Positions 11,255-21,465 of a stretch of 23,633 bases of DNA are shown here, piece by piece. This DNA comes from Ancylonema sp. (lineage: Eukaryota). Within the stretch, counting starts at the first letter, position 1, and each line of letters opens with the position of its first letter. A program made the position numbers and the translations under genes. The stretch lies in contig JBFLGF010000006.1 of NCBI GenBank assembly GCA_050230475.1, positions 186,001 to 209,633 on the forward strand, in the 5' to 3' direction. The notes under the pieces are model-generated. The model saw only the letters and a list, made by a program, of their open reading frames with translations, had not been told where the DNA came from and did not search any database.

Positions 11255-11459
11255 TGACGTGCTGTTTGGAATCGGCGGCCCGGAAATAGTGTTTTTCATA
11301 CTTTGACTTCTTTATGAATTGAAGTTCTCTCTTTTGATGTCCTCATAACTTCTTCTTCTCTAAGTTCTGAATGTTGATCATCTCATATAGTCACAATCTT
11401 GTATCGATGAATGTTGGTAATATCTCATGAAGTCACATTGTGGTATTGTGTTGCTCTCA
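11255..11459 (-). repeat. Repeat Y1, PPT-proximal (U3-like) part of the intact 3' LTR
   Basis: Direct repeat of 9892-10093; immediately follows the PPT on the minus strand. Confidence 0.95.
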
Positions 11460-11470
11460 CTCCCCCCCCC
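11460..11470 (-). promoter_or_regulatory. Polypurine tract of the DNMT-Gypsy element
   Basis: GGGGGGGGGAG on minus, about 30 nt after the pol stop (11503) and directly before TGAGAG. Confidence 0.9.
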
Positions 11471-11523
11471 TAGTTGTGAAATGGTAGTGTAAGAATTGGG
11501 TATCAGGAGCAGCGTTCTCCTTG

Positions 11524-11658
11524 GTGGTCAGGACAGAACCATGCGCCGTCAGGTATTGTTTTGAGCCGGGGTGTGAGACAATAGATGTGATAGCCATCGT
11601 TGCAATCGTCACACAAAATGAGATGTTTCTCATCGTTACGTGAACCGCATTGTTTGCA
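11524..11658 (-). CDS. PHD finger at the integrase C-terminus
   Basis: CKQC-x11-CDDC-x4-H-IYC..IPDGAWFCPDH: PHD C4HC pattern with conserved W; last ligand is His. Confidence 0.92.
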
Positions 11659-11659
11659 T

Positions 11660-12750
11660 AATGTAGGATCCGAACTGTTGAACAAACTTCTGTCAATCTG
11701 GTCATCTTTGATGGAGAGGCTGTAGGGTGAAATGTTTTTCATATGTTCCCAGATGCGGCGTCCATCTTTACCCTGTAACTGCACATTTCCAGAGGGTCGG
11801 ATTTGTGTAATCCGAAGGATTTGTGGATGTGTTTTGATGTCAAGTGTGCCTTTGGTTTGGCGTTTCACATAAACATATTGATGTTTGAGGAGACGAGGGC
11901 GAGGTCGTGCCCATGCACTACTGTGTACCCGAAAGTATTGATGCTTGTCTTGTTATTGTGCAATGGCAAGGTTGCGCATTACGAGAGGCATGACTTCCTC
12001 AAAAAAATTATTGCGTTCCAGAATGAATTTTGGTAACTCTTTTAGTGCCTCAGGTAAGGGGTCATGTTCAGCTGCCTGTATTTGTGCCTGGAAGATAGGG
12101 TGTCTTCCATACACCAAATAGTATGGTGAATACCCGGTAGAGGCCTATTTTTTTATGCGATACCCCATGGCGACATAAGGTAGGTAAATGTCCCAATCCG
12201 CGCGATGTTCCTTTAGGAGGATTTTCCTTAAAGATAGTTTCATCGTTTGAACCATGCGTTCTGCTAACCCATCAGATTGTGGGTGTTCCCGGGCTGCAGT
12301 ACGATGTGTAACTCGATGTCCGACAAGTAAGTCGGTGAACGCCCCTTCAAATGCTGCGTCTTGGTCAGTGATGATTTCACGAGGGGCTCCAAGACGAGAA
12401 ACGACATGAATGGGGCATGTGGTGCTGATTTTGAAGATTTGTCGGGTAAGGCGAAGTCCACTCCCCAACGGTAGAAGAGTCCCCGACTTGGTAATGGTTG
12501 TAGTTGGGTACGTCCATCAGCAAAGTTTGTTTTTGCCCGAGAACATGCTGGACATTCTTTGATGACTTGAATGACATGATCACCCATCCCATGCCACCAC
12601 TAATCTTGTTGTAAAGCGTGGAGCACGCGTTTCCCCCCAAAATGACCGTATCGTGTGTGCATGGTATTGATCAGAGGAATTTGTTCCGATGGTGGTGGAA
12701 CGATTATCATGTGTCCAGAGGTAGGGATTTTGTAGACATATCTCCCCATC
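11660..12750 (-). pseudogene. Gypsy DDE integrase (H2C2 zinc finger, rve core), frameshifted with an internal deletion
   Basis: HTRYGHFG...CPAC; RWGVDFA fused directly to LPDKSSK (roughly 30 aa missing); GAPREIITDQDAAF; HPQSDGLAERMVQTMK; WDIYLPYVAMGYR; TGYSPYYLVYGRHP. Confidence 0.92.
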
Positions 12751-13019
12751 CATCTATATTTGAGAGCCCGTCGGTATGTACGGTTTCGTTGTTGTGGTGT
12801 CAAATCTGGTAGGTATGCATGAGTTTTGAGAAGTGTCATTGTGGCATTATCATCCCAAATGTTCACTTTGACATCCTCTGGTTGTTGTAGACCTTGGTGA
12901 AAACTCAGAAAGTATGATGGTGCACTAAGACCCGTGGGTGAAGTATGCATGTAGTAGCACGGTGTTTTCTTCCCTAATGTTTCAATCTCATGGTTGTCAG
13001 TAGTTGTCTCTGGTAACGG

Positions 13020-14440
13020 ACAACGACTGCACCCGTCGGCATTGGAGTTTGCAACACCGAGGCGATGTATCACTGCCAATTCATACTCCTAAAGTAAGAG
13101 TGCCCAACGCGCAAATTTGACGGTGAGTTTGGTGGTTGTCATGATCCATTTGAGGGGTGCATGATCGGTAATGAGGGTAAATGGTTTACCAAACAAAAAT
13201 TGACGAAAATGTTGCACCGCCCAAATTATAGCAAGACACTCCCCGCGAAAGTTGTTGTAGTTCCGTTCCGCATTGTTACAGCTGCGACCAGCAAATGCGA
13301 TTGCATATTCGGTACCATCATCATCTGTCTGACTCAAAACGGCACCTAAACCATGTGCACTCCAGTCGGTCGCTAACAAGTATGGTTTATTAGTATCCGG
13401 TCTGCGGAGTTCAGGCTCTGAACATAGTGCCTGCTTAAGTTCGATAAAGGTTGTCTCTTGAGTCTCGTCCCAATGCCATTTGACATCCCCTTTCAGAAGT
13501 CCGTTGAGTGGGGAAGCAATCGTGGAGAAGTGTGGAACGAACTTGCGGTAATATGAAAACAACCATAGAGCAGCACGAAGTTGGTGAATATCCTTAGGTG
13601 TCGGCATATCCTTAATGGCTCTGATTTTCTCATCTTGTGTTGCAATACCTGTCCCAGAGATCTTATGGCCTAAAAAATCCATTTCATCTGCAAAGAATAA
13701 GTACTTACCTGGATGACATTTCAACTTGAACTACCGAAGGCGATGAAAAACTTGTCGAAGGTGTTGAAGATGGTCCTCGAAAGTATTGCTTCAGTTGCTG
13801 ATGTCATCAATGTAGCATCGCGAGTTGCGAAGTCCTGCCAAAATTCGGTCCATGGTACGTTGGAAGAATGGTGGTGCATTCTTGAGTCCATATGGTACGA
13901 CATTCCATTCATAAAGTTGACGGTCAGCTCCCCAACATGCGGTTTTGTATTTGTCCGTTTCAGATATAGGGATTTGGTGGTATCCTTGTCGTAAATCCAA
14001 TTGGGTAAAAAAATCGCTTCTTTCATGGAAAGATGTCCTCAATTCTTGGAAGCTGATACTTGTCCTGTTGGGTTTGGTTGTTGATAGGACGATGATCACC
14101 ACATTGGCGAAAGTCCGTTGGTTGTCCATTCTCGTTCTTCTTTCGTACCACGACGGTTGCCGAGGCGTAATTGTTACTATCACTTTTGCGAATCATGCCT
14201 AGTTCGAGAAAATTTTGACAGTTATCTCGAACAAAACTCCATTCGGTGTCAGAAAGACGATGGGAGTTTTGAAAAATTGGTTAAGTTGTTTGCAAAGGAA
14301 TTTCCATAGGAGTATTGTTGGGTGGAAGTAACTCTTTCAGAGAAAATGCAAAGACATCGCGGTTTTCCTCCAGAAGATCAATAACTTGGAGTTTTTGTTC
14401 CTCCGTAAGATTATTGCCAATTTTCCATGTAATAGGTTTC
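13020..14440 (-). pseudogene. Gypsy reverse transcriptase and RNase H, frameshifted
   Basis: FTQLDLRQGYHQI, KYKTACW, YEWNVVPYGLKNAPPFFQRTM, YIDD at 13803-13814, FLGHKI, LATDWSAHGLGAVL, ECLAIIWAV, TDHAPL, NSNADGCSR. Confidence 0.95.
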
Positions 14441-14769
14441 ACCTCATTTTCAAGTGGTGAATCTGGGTTGGATGGAATCATGTTGTCATCGGTGACAGTT
14501 GTTGATTGGTAATCGGTTTCACTCAATAATGGTTGAGTGATAGGAATTGCATCTTGAGCAAGTTGGTGTTGCTCAGGTGAAGTGTGATGCTGGTGATTCC
14601 TATTGTTGTAAAATTCATTGGTCGCAGAATTGTAATGAAGGATGTGGTATAATGGATGAATAGAGTAGTTGCCCCCCCCCCTTTCCTTGGTTGGCAAGGT
14701 GGGGTATGTACCCTATGCACGAGGCTATAAGATGGGAGTGCATGTATAGCCATTAGAATGCCTCCCAAA

Positions 14770-15735
14770 AACATTTAACCATGTTGCGGTCCATTGTGCG
14801 TCCCAGCATTGCTCTTTCCGAGTATTCTCTGAAATGCCTGGTGCACATGTATCTCCATTGTCAAAACCCATGAGTCTCTCACGTTCCCAGACATTCGCTT
14901 CCTCCCAGTCATGTTTCTCCGTGTTGTAAAGCATTCCAGGGCTTGGTTGATTGTACCCTTGAAACTTAAATTGGTAGCTGCCTGGGTAGAAACAAGTGTC
15001 GGTAATGCACGACGTAGTGCGCCAGTTTTGTTAACTGGAGTGAACGGTGGTTCATCATCTTTAAGCACTTTGTTAGGTCGATGATGTGGTTCAATAATGG
15101 TTGACAAAGGTGGTAATTCCGGGGTGTTAGGAATAGCCAGTTCCGATACATTCGGTGATATCCAATTTGTCCAGATGCCTCGAACAAGGTGGGCTGTGCT
15201 ACCGAAACTGCATGCGTCGGCAATTGCTGGGAAGCCCAAAAAGGACTTGATGAGTGTAGTTGTATCTCGAATTTCACCAGATCTCCAAATGGATAAGTGT
15301 TTTCCAAAATAAATACTCGTGGGTATTTTTGGACTCTGTTTGATGAGATGGTTGATGGCTCGACTGAGGTCAAAGAAGTATGGAAATCGTCGATCATAGT
15401 AGCCTTTGCCTTGTCCGGCTTTGCTGACCATCTGACATTCCCACCCAGTGAAGATGAAGTCGATAGGTCCTCGTTGTAGGATCAGTTCATCCAAATCGTC
15501 GTTTGATATTTTGGAAACATCATGAGAAAGTCGAGTGTCGAAACCTTTAATTGCACTGGTTGACAATTGTCGTGGGTATCGAACTTGAAGTTTGGGTAAT
15601 GTTGCACGAGTGATGTCACGTGCATCTTGGTCAATGTCACTGTGGGTATATGTACCAATGTTGTTTCCAGCTTCAAGGTGCATGATAGCGCCACTGCAGC
15701 TCATGCCACCAAAAAGCTCCCAAATGTGTAGACCA
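14770..15735 (-). pseudogene. C5 cytosine DNA methyltransferase domain (DNMT3-like) inside pol, frameshifted
   Basis: Motif I LHIWELFGGMSCSG; II SDID; III HDVSKI; IV GPIDFIFTGWECQ (Cys codon 15435-15437); VI FILENT (15296-15304, adjacent frame); VIII ADACSFGSTAHLVRGIWTN; IX ERERLMGF..DT (ORF 14725-14934). Confidence 0.88.
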
Positions 15736-16319
15736 TCTTGCAGCGCCTTAGGTTGTAAGCGAGCTGTATAAGATGGGCCAATTGGTACACCATCGCGAAT
15801 CGGTATACCTTTCCATGCGTTCCATTGTGGTAATGGCTGGTCTTGTATTTTGTCGATGGCCTTGCGCAAATACTGTGCGCTCTTGATACGCAAGGTTGTA
15901 AGTCTGTTAACTGCATGGTGCTCATTTATTTGTGCCATTGTTCTGGCTACTGCATTAAGTTGTGGTCGATGCGCTTGACGAATGTCCGTATGTTTGGTTG
16001 TAGCAAGGTAAACCATGGTATTGGTTTCCCATTCTTGCATCTGAGGTTGGTACTCATTGTCGATGGGTCCATCTGGAAAATGTTGTGGTTCGTGGTATAC
16101 ACCTTCTTCCATGATACGAAACTCAAATTCTGTCAGAATGTCGGCTTCTTCTGTTGAATGTAACAAATCCTCGTGCGGAATTTGCATGAATGTGTTAGAA
16201 AAAGTGTAAGTAACACCTTCATCCATGTATTGACAATGCACCGATGCCGCGTGTGGCAAACTGTATTTGACTGGAATCGAGGCACGGTGTGTACCTTGTT
16301 TTTGCCAGTCGTCGCGGTA

Positions 16320-16660
16320 ATGAAAGTGTTGACTCCATGGATCTGTAATACCTCCTATTGGTCCCGGGAAAGTACTGCTCAACAAAACGTCGTATTTGTC
16401 GGAAGGTGTCAAATGAAGTTTGGCGTTAACCGAAGTTTGGTTTTTTCCATGTCCAATGGTGATGGTATATGCTTTCTTGGTGGTCCCCAAAGATTGTTGG
16501 TATTTGCCATCTGAAGTTACGTATTCTTCTCCAGGATCAAGGTCTGGTGGTGTAAGCCTGAGTTGTTTGGCAAATTTGGTACCAATGGTCACGTTCTCTG
16601 CACCTGAATCGAATATTGGTAGTGAAGGTGTTTCTCCACCAATCGTGAGTATTGATTGAC
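16320..16660 (-). pseudogene. Retropepsin-like aspartic protease of the DNMT-Gypsy element
   Basis: PIFDSGAENVTIG (DSG 16602-16610) in frame with the 605-aa ORF that continues into the DNMT; flap VTSDG and YDVLLS. Confidence 0.8.
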
Positions 16661-16849
16661 TGTTGTCAACAGTTGGTATATCAGTTGGTTGTCAATCTGG
16701 CGTTGCAAGGGATCACCGGTGGTCTGGTGTTTTGTGGTCCCATTACAGAGAGTGCCATTGGTGGTTGTGGCATCTCTGTGCTTGTCGAGGGTAATCATGT
16801 GGTGGTGGTATGTCACCCTGAGGTGAGTCAAGTAACAAATTCTCGTCGT

Positions 16850-17534
16850 CGTGGACAGTTGGTCATTGTATGTCCTGTTTGTCCACAGAAATAACATCGT
16901 AATTCTTTTTCAATGACATCGTATGGTTCTTCAAAATAGGTCTGTTTGGTGCCTGATGTGGTGCAGACTCGAGTGGTGTCGAGGTACATGAAGGTGAAAG
17001 GTGTGGGTTGGTATCAATGGAATACCCCAGGTTATGTTCGATCTTCGTGATTGTTGTAGTCGTTCGAAGATTTGTCATGAGTTTTTCCAGTACTCGTTCA
17101 AGTTGTTCATCAAAAATGTGAACAAAAATGGTCGACTCAGGTGCCATAACTGTGTAAGCTGGTGGATACACTTCTTCAGTCTTAGGCTGGGCGTATCGTG
17201 TGAAAGCCAATGTAGCTTTCCATACCTCCTCCGCTTGAAGCAACTGGATGGTGAGATGACGAGGGATGTGCTCTTGCCACTCCTGCTTCCTGTATGTTTG
17301 TAACATCTGGACGTGCGCCAATGTTTGTTCCCGCATATGAGGTGGTAATAGGTGTACCATTTGGTTTTGTTCCTCAATCTGACTCTGAATGAGTCCCAGT
17401 TTGAAAAATCGAAAATTTTGTCCCAGATCAGTTGCTATGGAAAGCAAATCTTTCTCTGCTGTTAATTTGTTCAACACATATTCAATTTTTGATGCTCTTT
17501 CGACCCAATGTCCATGATTATAAACGTCTATCAT
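16850..17534 (-). pseudogene. Gag-like ORF with CCHC zinc knuckle
   Basis: 223-aa ORF in gag position; CYFCGQTGHTMTNC (CX2CX4HX4C) at 16855-16896 in an adjacent frame. Confidence 0.7.
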
Positions 17535-17675
17535 TGAATTGTGATATGAAAAGTGTATATCTTCAATGACGTAGTAGTCAAGAAAGACAACAGATGTTCA
17601 GGAAAAAAAAAAATCTGGTTCCAATATTTGATACAAACCTTTAATTATCAAAATCAAGGTCTTCCGCGGTCGGAT

Positions 17676-17740
17676 TGAAGCAGTATTGCAGATTGAGTCT
17701 CTGCTGAGATATCAATATTATATCTATCATACGTCTCAGT
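17676..17740 (-). repeat. Repeat X1, U5-end fragment (split by nested insertion)
   Basis: TGAAGCAGTATTGCAGATTGAGTC... matches 10096-10158. Confidence 0.92.
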
Positions 17741-18172
17741 TGTTAGGAGTGGAATAGAATGGAACTCCTAGCAATCTATGTTGCAAGTGCACACACAAAG
17801 TAATGGCGAATTGAGCCGATAGGATGGAGGCTAATGAGCCGAGGATCAAATGGTCGGGTTGATATGATAAGGCACAACAGGGTGCACGTACATGAGTTGA
17901 TAGGAATGCTCCAAAGGCATTCCTATGGACTAGTTATAGTGAAAGTCGACATCCACAAGCTAATCAAGATGTGGGATAACTAGAACTCTCTATAAGAACA
18001 AACTGGAAAGCTAAGGGTCGGCACTCGATATAAGAACAAAGGGGCTAAGGACACACATATCACTATAAAGGGACAAAACTCGCTATAGGGAAAACTGCGC
18101 TAGTAGCGCTGCTTCTGTGGCTCTGGTGCTAAGTGTGCTAGGGAGCCCTAGTGACTGTAGCGAGGGTCCTAA
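17741..18172 (-). repeat. 3' LTR of nested element
   Basis: TGTTAGGAGTGG...GAGGGTCCTAA, direct repeat of 21466-21882; inner terminal bases and PPT lost. Confidence 0.92.
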
Positions 18173-19800
18173 GGAATAGCCAGACGGCCGCTGCGGTAGA
18201 GTAGGCCCTCACGGAGTGTGTAATTAGCCGATGACCTGCCTGAGGGTGGCCTCAGGTTTAATTCCTGAGCAAGTCGTTGTAGCAAGTCTGTCGCGATAGC
18301 CTAGAGAGCCGGGTCCGCCAGCTGGGCCTCCTTAATGGTAGGTAGGAGAGGATCTGAGATAGGTAGAAGAGCTGCATCTGGAAGGATAGGGTGGGGGGAT
18401 TGGGCATGTAGTCAGGTCTGCGGGAGAGGGCGTCCGGCTTGCCATTGCTGGACCCCTTCCTGTAGACGATAGAGAAATCGTAGGCCGCCGGCGTCTTGGC
18501 TCACCGTGCATGCCTCCTAGAGGTGGTTCGTGCAGCTTGAAAGTACTCGAGGTTCTTGTGGTCCGTGTAGATCATGATAGGGTGCGCCGCGCCTTCCAGG
18601 TAGACCCGCCACTGGCGGAAAGCAGCGACAATTGCGAGCAGCTCCTTGTCGTAGATAGGGTAGTTAAGCTCCGCAGCACAAAATTTCCTCGAGTAGTAAG
18701 CGACGGGGTGGAGCTCGCCTGTCGCGTCAGTCTGAGAGAGGACGCAGCCCAGGCCAAAGTCGGAGGCATCCGCTTCAATGGTGATAGGTAAGTCTGGCTG
18801 GAAGTGCTGCAGGATAGGGGCCGAGGTGAAGGCAGTCTTGAGGGACTGAAAAGCTGCCTGCGCCTCGGGGGTCCACTGGAACTTGGCCCCCTTCCTGGTC
18901 AGAGAGGTGAGGGGACAGGCTAGGGTAGAGTAACCATTGATAAACTTTCGGTAGAAGTTGGCAAAGCCTAGGAAAAACTGCACCTCCTTGACCGACTGGG
19001 GAATTGGCCAGTCAAGGAGGGAAGCCAACTTGGCCGGGTCCATGTCCACTCCGGCTGGCGAGATGATGTAGCCCAGAAAGGCGATGGTGTCCACGTGGAA
19101 CTCGCACTTCTCTAGTTTAGCGTAGAGCTTGTGCCTTGCGTAGGACTGCCATGACTGCACGGACGTGGGGAACGTGTTCCTCTTCGGTGTCTGAATAGAT
19201 TATCATGTCGTCTAGCATGCCCGCTCATCGAGGTAGTCCCTGAAGACGTCGGAGATAAAGGACTGGAAGGCTGCCGGGGCGTTGGTAGGACCGAAAGGAG
19301 AGACTACAGACTTGGTATTCGAAGTGCCCATAGCGACAGCGGAACGCTGTTTTGTACTCATCCCCCTCTTTGACCCGCAACTGATGGTACGCATTGCGCA
19401 GATCTATTTTGGTGAAGACCTTTGCGCGGTGAAGCCGATCCAACAGCTCAGATATGAGGGGGAGGGGGCATCGGTTCTTTACCGTGACCGCGTTAAGTGC
19501 TCTGTAGTCCACACAGAGCCTCAATTTGCCGTCCGGTTTCTTTATAAACATGACTTGGGCCCCCCCCGGGCTACTAGACGGCCTGATAAAGCCGTTTGCC
19601 AGATTGTCTTGGATGTAGGTCTTCAGAGTTGCGAGCTCAGGTTCGGAGACGGAGTAAATCGGACCCCAAGGGGGTTCCTTGCCAAGTAAGAGGGGGATTT
19701 GCAGGTCATAGGGTCCGTGGGAGGGGAGGGTATTTGCAGCTCCCTCAGAAAACACGTCTGCATAGTCGTGATATTGAAGGGGGAGCTTGGCTAACAAGGT
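18173..19800 (-). pseudogene. RT and RNase H of nested element, frameshifted, truncated just before integrase
   Basis: [53 protein letters not shown] at about 19207-19215, FLGFANFYRKFI, EADASDFGLGCVL, DKELLAIV, TDHKNL, NGKPDALSR; ends GLLYRSGRLAIP fused to the LTR. Confidence 0.94.
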
Positions 19801-19899
19801 AAGGTTGGGCTGGGGGGATACAGCGGCTAAAATTGCAGTTGTTGGTTTGGGATCGGGAGGGATGATGGGGCGGGAACTGGGTTGCAGGCACTAGGCAAC

Positions 19900-20230
19900 G
19901 CATTGGGAGCTGGAAAATGACAAGGTGCCTATCTGCCAGTCGATATGTGGGTTGTGTTTGTGAAGCCAGGGGAACCCGAGGACGACCTGGCAATGTGCCA
20001 GACGGGTGACATCCAAGGTAAGTGTTTCTGTATGGGTCCCTTGGGTTCGGATCTGGGCAGGGTAAAAACAAGTAATAGGACCGGCAGCGGGAGGGCTACC
20101 ATCGATGAGTTGGATTGGGATAGGGGTAGGGTGGGGCTGGGGTAAAAGGTTGTTATCTGCCAATAGTTGCGGATCCACAAAGTTGCCTGACGCGCCAGAG
20201 TCAATCAGCACTTGTATGGGGATGGGGTGG
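19900..20230 (-). pseudogene. Aspartic protease of nested element
   Basis: VLIDSGASGNFVD (DSG 20194-20202), VVLGFPWL..HNPHIDW. Confidence 0.92.
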
Positions 20231-20399
20231 AGTGGGTAACGCAGGACCTGGCAGGCCAGCAAGAGCTGGCGGGGTTGGGGAAAGGGGGAGGGTAGGGAAG
20301 GGGGACCCGCACAGACCCCTCCTAGGACTGTGTGGGAGGTTCGTTTTTTGGCTCGTCGGGTGCAGATCCAGGAAACGCACCGTGCGGGTCCGCCCCTTG

Positions 20400-21377
20400 T
20401 TTGGGCAGTATCGGAGGGTGTGTCCAGCGATACCGCAGTAGTGGCGGAGATTGCCGTCAACGCGGCGAGCCATCTCAGTTGGGTGAACCTTCAGAACTGG
20501 ACGGCGGGTTCTATCCAGTTCCATGGGGACCACCTGAAGGTGAGGGGGGATTGGCTGGGAGGACTGATCTGCAACTCTGGCCTGGGGGGGAAACGTAGGT
20601 GGAGCGGAAAGGTCGTTTGTCCAAACGAGCAGCCAGGGCGTTCTCGATGTTCTTCACGAAGGTAACATACTCGGAGAAGGTGTCAGGGGGTAACTGAACC
20701 TTCAAGATCTCCTGCCTCAGCTCGGGCTTCAGTTTGTCAAAGTAAGTGAAAATCATAGGGTGACCTCCCCACCCCTGAAACCCCCTAACTAAGGCTCGGA
20801 ACCTGGCAGTAAAGTCCTGAACTCCCCCTGTGTCTGTTTGAGTTCACGCAGCTGGCGTTATGTGGTCAGGTTGGAGGGGATGTCGCCAAAAGCCTCACTC
20901 AGACCCTTCAGGAGGGCGTTCACATCATAGCCCGCGGGAAGGTTGTTGTCGGAGTCGGTTGCTGAGTGAACCACTCTCTAGCAGCACCAGTTGGGAAAGA
21001 AGAAAAGTAGAGGACTGTATGATCAGGCTCAGAGAATCTGATAGAAGCCACCCGGATCTAGTTGCGCACTAGTCGTAGAAAGGTAGCCAGACTTGCAGAA
21101 TCTCCTGAATATTTTTGTAATTCAGGAAGGACCATTTCTGAGGGAGTTGGCTGGTAGGCTGGTGGAAAAACAGGGATAGGCTGAGGGAAAGAAGGGGGTG
21201 GGGCTGAGATAGGAGATGGGGTGCTGAGGTGCGCCTCCACCACCTTTTTTTTTTCATGAAGCTCATTGGAGCGAATAAGGTCGTGATTCTTTCATATGTT
21301 TCTGCTTGCCGTTCCATATTCTCGCTCATTTGAAAACTCATGGCTTTCAAAGTATCCACAATCTGTTGCAACTCCAT
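20400..21377 (-). pseudogene. Gag of nested element, frameshifted
   Basis: LPELQKYSGDSASLATFL, YFDKLKPELRQEI, VPMELD, degenerate knuckle RHYCGIAGHTLRYC (about 20405-20446). Confidence 0.85.
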
Positions 21378-21452
21378 GAGGAAAAGAAAAAATGGAAACT
21401 CAGAAAAAAAGTGAGGTTTTCGCCTTAAAAGAAGTTAAAAAACCTCAATTGT

Positions 21453-21463
21453 ATTCCTATCAA
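21453..21463 (-). promoter_or_regulatory. Self-priming-type primer binding site of nested element
   Basis: Minus-strand TTGATAGGAAT 2 nt after the 5' LTR end; complementary to an 11-mer within the LTR (perfect at 17897-17907, one mismatch at 21622-21632); no TGG start. Confidence 0.8.
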
Positions 21464-21465
21464 AG

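Noticed and set aside
14770..15735. Bacterial restriction-modification gene or contamination
   Set aside because: Domain is in frame with a retroelement protease in a window with spliceosomal introns; no nuclease partner.
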